Positions 59,396-64,000 of a DNA stretch of 64,000 nucleotides are shown one piece after another. How positions within the stretch are numbered: the first letter of the stretch is position 1; the number at the start of each line of letters is the position of its first letter. Source of the stretch: the human T2T-CHM13v2.0 reference genome, Homo sapiens; the NCBI RefSeq assembly GCF_009914755.1, contig NC_060926.1. The stretch is one strand, 5' to 3'. The notes under the pieces are model-generated. The model had not been told where the DNA came from. It ran no database searches and saw only the letters and a program-made list of their open reading frames with translations. The position numbers and the translations under genes are program-made.

Positions 59396-61302
59396 AAAGG
59401 GCCCACCTCCTTACTCCGAAAAATCAGTCTATAGGCCTCAGCCCTGTCCTTTAACTTACTTTCAGTCTACACCTTTGTTCCTGCAGAACACTGTGGTTAC
59501 CTGGAACGGGGCTGGGAGGGAGACCCTGATGTTCTGTTCCTTCTAGAAGAGGGTGGTCCATGGCAGGATGATAACACACCCTCAGTGAGCCAGAATGAGC
59601 ACAGCCTGGCCACCAGTGCATCCCGGAATAAGCAAACACACATAAAAGATTTTACCTCATAGATGATGCACTCTATCACCCACAAAACATAAGCCCCCAA
59701 AGACAATGGGGTGAGTGCAAGGTGATTACTCCAAGGTGAAGCAAACATGGAGCAGGGTGTTACGGGTGCCCGGAGAGAGGCACAGGCCTCGAGGATCAAC
59801 CCTGTGTGTTCCTGGACTATGAAAGGAAGGTCCATGTGAGCTCTAGAAATTTGTGAGAAATTACACAAAGGATCCGAGGAGTAGGAGCCGGGAGCATCTG
59901 CCCCAGGGAGGCATTCAAAGGTGAGAGGCAGAGGGACAGGAACATGGCAAATGTGAGTGCAGAGACCCCTCAACCCTGTAAGGTCTGGCCAGATTCCACA
60001 GGATCAAAATTCTCCCTTGCTGTTTCACTCGAACACAAACCACGAAGCTTCTTCTTATTTAGAGAACAAACAATGAAGGTTGGCTTTGTTATTTTTGCAA
60101 ATTTACACATGCACGGAGCCTGGGAAAATTCTTGAGCAAGAGCATGAGGTGTGGACAGTGGTGTTTGCAGGTCACCACACTGACCACACACCCGTCCACT
60201 GCCTGGTTCTCCTGGCAAGGTTTTGGGCAAACACAGGAGAACCAGTGCCACCGCATTACATGCCAACCGTTCGGACCAATTTCTGTGAAATAACAAAGAA
60301 ATCATCACAGGTTCTCTTGAAGCCCAAACCCTGAATAATACCAACAATACCACAATAGCCCCCAAATTAAAGGCTGCAGCTGCCCGGCATGAAAGGGCTG
60401 CAGGGCACCCCGGCCATGGTCCTCAGTCTCTGCTGAGCATTGCCCACATACCTGGTTTTAAAAGCCACAGGGAGGTGCTGGGCCTTTGCAACTCCTGTAA
60501 ATTCACAAGAAAAGAGAGAAAGGTCACTAATGCTCCAACTCAGCAAAGAATATACAACTTTTGCATTTCCCAGGGTTCCTTGTCAAATGACCTGGCCCCA
60601 TTTTTTGCTCCTTACCATTTTTCTTGTTCCTTAGCCCCTCCATAAGAAGAACAGATGATTATGTCCTGCTCTAGGTCCCTTAACAGAAGAAGAGCTGCAA
60701 GAAGGGAAAAGATTTAAGCTCTGGGATAAAATGTGCAGGGTTGTATAGGCCGTGAGTAGCAGAGCTGGGCCTGCATGCAGTCTTTCCTCTCTCTACATGG
60801 CAGCAAAGGAGGATTCTACATCTCCAAGCCCTCCCTGCAGCCCATACCTGCAGATATAATGCGTTTGTATTTTAAATCTCCTGCCCTAAAGCTGAGCTTT
60901 AGTCAGGGGTCAGCTGAACAGAATTAGGGATGCATGTTGTGTGGGAAGCCATGATTAAAAGGAATATGCCCTTGAGACCCCCGGGGCTGCTGTGGACTGC
61001 AATCCCCCCACAGCCTTCCTGTGCCCTTAGCCTCAGCCTCCGTTTTCCCATCTGTAAAGTGGGTGTTCTGCGTGTTGTAAACAATGAATGCTATGAAATC
61101 AGTGCAAGGCAAGCTACAAATTGTTAGCCAAGATTATTGTACGAAACTTCAAACTGTTAGCCAAGATTACTACTCGGACAAACTTACCAAAGTTATTAGC
61201 TTCCATTTAATTAAAAGCCATTACCTCAGATAGCCCATTCATCTTTATTAACCAACAAACATCTCAAAGCTTATAATACTCAGTTAATTATGTGATTTTT
61301 TA

Positions 61303-61764
<462 letters not shown>

Positions 61765-62153
61765 TCACAGGAATCTTCTGGGATGTCACCAGACCATTGC
61801 TTTGAAGAGTAGACAGCCTCAGACCCTCTGGGGACAGGAGCAAGGCAGGCTGATTTATTAACCACATGGCGTCACCCTCTTGCCCCAGAGGTTAGATGGT
61901 TCCAGGATCCTCCGTCACCAAGACTAGATCCCAGAACTAGAGCCTTGCAGCTGGACCACTCCCCTCTCTCCGTGGCAGGGAACATGTCCACCAGCCCAGT
62001 GGCTGCCACTGATAGCTGTTGGCTAAATGCAGGTGGGTGAGAGACAAACCCTGCCTGCTCACTTGCCCTAACCTGCTCCTCTCTGCCTAAACTTGGGCTT
62101 CACAACACTCTTCTCTCAACTTGTACTGAGCAAGTGGCTAGTGGAGAAAGAAA

Positions 62154-62543
62154 GTATCTTAGCCTGTAACAGAATACCACATACAGGTGGTTTATTTTAA
62201 AAAGAAAACAAAAAAAATTATTTCTTACAGCTCTGAAGGCTGGGAAGTCCAAGGTCAAGGAGACTGCATCTGGCAAGGACTTTCTTGCTGCGTCATCCCA
62301 TGGGGGAAGGTAGAAGGACAAAAGAGCAGGAGGGAGCAATAGAGAAAGGGGACTGAACTTATCCATTAATCAAGAAACCACTCCCTCAATGATTAACCCA
62401 CTCCTAAGGTAACACTATTAATCCATTGATGATGGCAGAGCCCTCATGACCTAATCACCTCCTGAAGGTCCCCCATCCAAACACTGTTGGTGTTGTGAAT
62501 TAGGTTTCCAACACACGAACTTTGGACACACTCAAACCACAGC
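62154..62543 (-). mobile_element. MST-type MaLR LTR
   Basis: Antisense 'tgtaacagaataccac...ggctgggaagtccaaggtcaagg...gccctcatgacctaatcacctcc...caaaccacagca'. Confidence 0.85.
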
Positions 62544-62559
62544 AGTGGGTGAACACTAA

Positions 62560-62750
62560 AGAGCACCTACACTATTCCTGACACTTGTATTTACATCATC
62601 CACTCGTTTAAACCTCCCAACAGCTCTGAGCTAGCTCTCACTACCCTCATTTAGTATATGAGGAAGCTGAGGCACAGAGAAAGGAAGGAGCTTGCCCAAG
62701 GACGCAGAGCAAATTAGTGACCAACCTGGGACTCAGACGCTGGTCTGCCT
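62560..62750 (-). mobile_element. MIR
   Basis: 'atgaggaagctgaggcacagagaa...cttgcccaagg'. Confidence 0.7.
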
Positions 62751-63454
62751 GAGCACATCCCACCAGCCGCCTACCTGGCCATTACGCACTTGACCACTCA
62801 CCAAGAAGCTTGTCACACCGTGAGCCCTGTGTCTCTCTCCCCATCATTCTCAGCTCTCTGCCTTCTGCTGACTTGCATCTGCCATATAACCTCTCTCTTC
62901 AGAGATGCTCGAGAGTTGTTGTTGTTTTTTTTTTTAAATAAGTGAATCTGGGAATAAAAGGCTGGCGCACAACAATGTATGGCAGTTAAACAACTTCAAG
63001 AGAATGTTTTGGAAGTAACCAAAGGATATTGTGGGCAGACATTTCTGGAGACCCCTGTCCTTTGGATAAATGTGGGTGCGCCATGTCCCCGGCAATGTAA
63101 TGGAATATTTGAAGGCCAGACTGAGGATCTACAACTTCCCACCCTCCTACCCCCACTCTGAGGAGTGTCTTGGCGAGGGGGGCTCCTGGGACCATCTAAC
63201 CTCTAGGGCAAAAGGGTGACGCAGCGTGGTTAATAAATCAGCCTGCCTTGCTCCTGTCCCCAGAGGGTCTGAGGCTGTGTACTCTTCAAAGCAATGGTCT
63301 GGTGACTTCCCAGAAGATTCCTGTGACTGAAGATTGTTCCAAATAAAGTCACTCTCAAGTGGGTTCCTAGGGTGGAGACACCAACCCAGAAGTACCCACA
63401 CTCAGCAGGCTCTCTAGGCAGAGCTCTGAGGGGAGGGCAGAAGGGGAAATGTCT

Positions 63455-64000
<546 letters not shown>

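Overview
This is hominoid (human or great-ape) non-coding DNA, rich in Alu elements. I found no intact protein-coding gene, RNA gene or CRISPR array, and the ORF track is almost entirely Alu-, SVA-, LTR- or microsatellite-derived or chance. Best-supported content: (1) a full-length SVA with a 14-bp TSD (1839-3324); (2) a processed RPL34 pseudogene (4796-5213); (3) solo LTR12C and LTR8A elements with intact 4-bp TSDs; (4) several MaLR/MLT2 LTRs; (5) about 20 Alus; (6) old L1M, L1PB and L1PA fragments, with two deep nests of insertions; (7) L2, MIR and MER fragments; (8) a second decayed coding-like segment of unidentified parentage (about 47778-48140); (9) a 260-bp polypurine tract. Almost all L1, SVA, ERV1-LTR and retrocopy insertions lie on the + strand, which suggests the window is intronic to a minus-strand gene I cannot name. 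I do not see a convincing novel biological system. The most unusual observations are two Alus 20 kb apart sharing an identical 18-nt 5' flank, a trimeric Alu inside one TSD, a candidate LTR12C-driven spliced transcript, and compact enhancer-like motif clusters. Repeat subfamily labels come from recalled consensus sequences, not from a RepeatMasker run.
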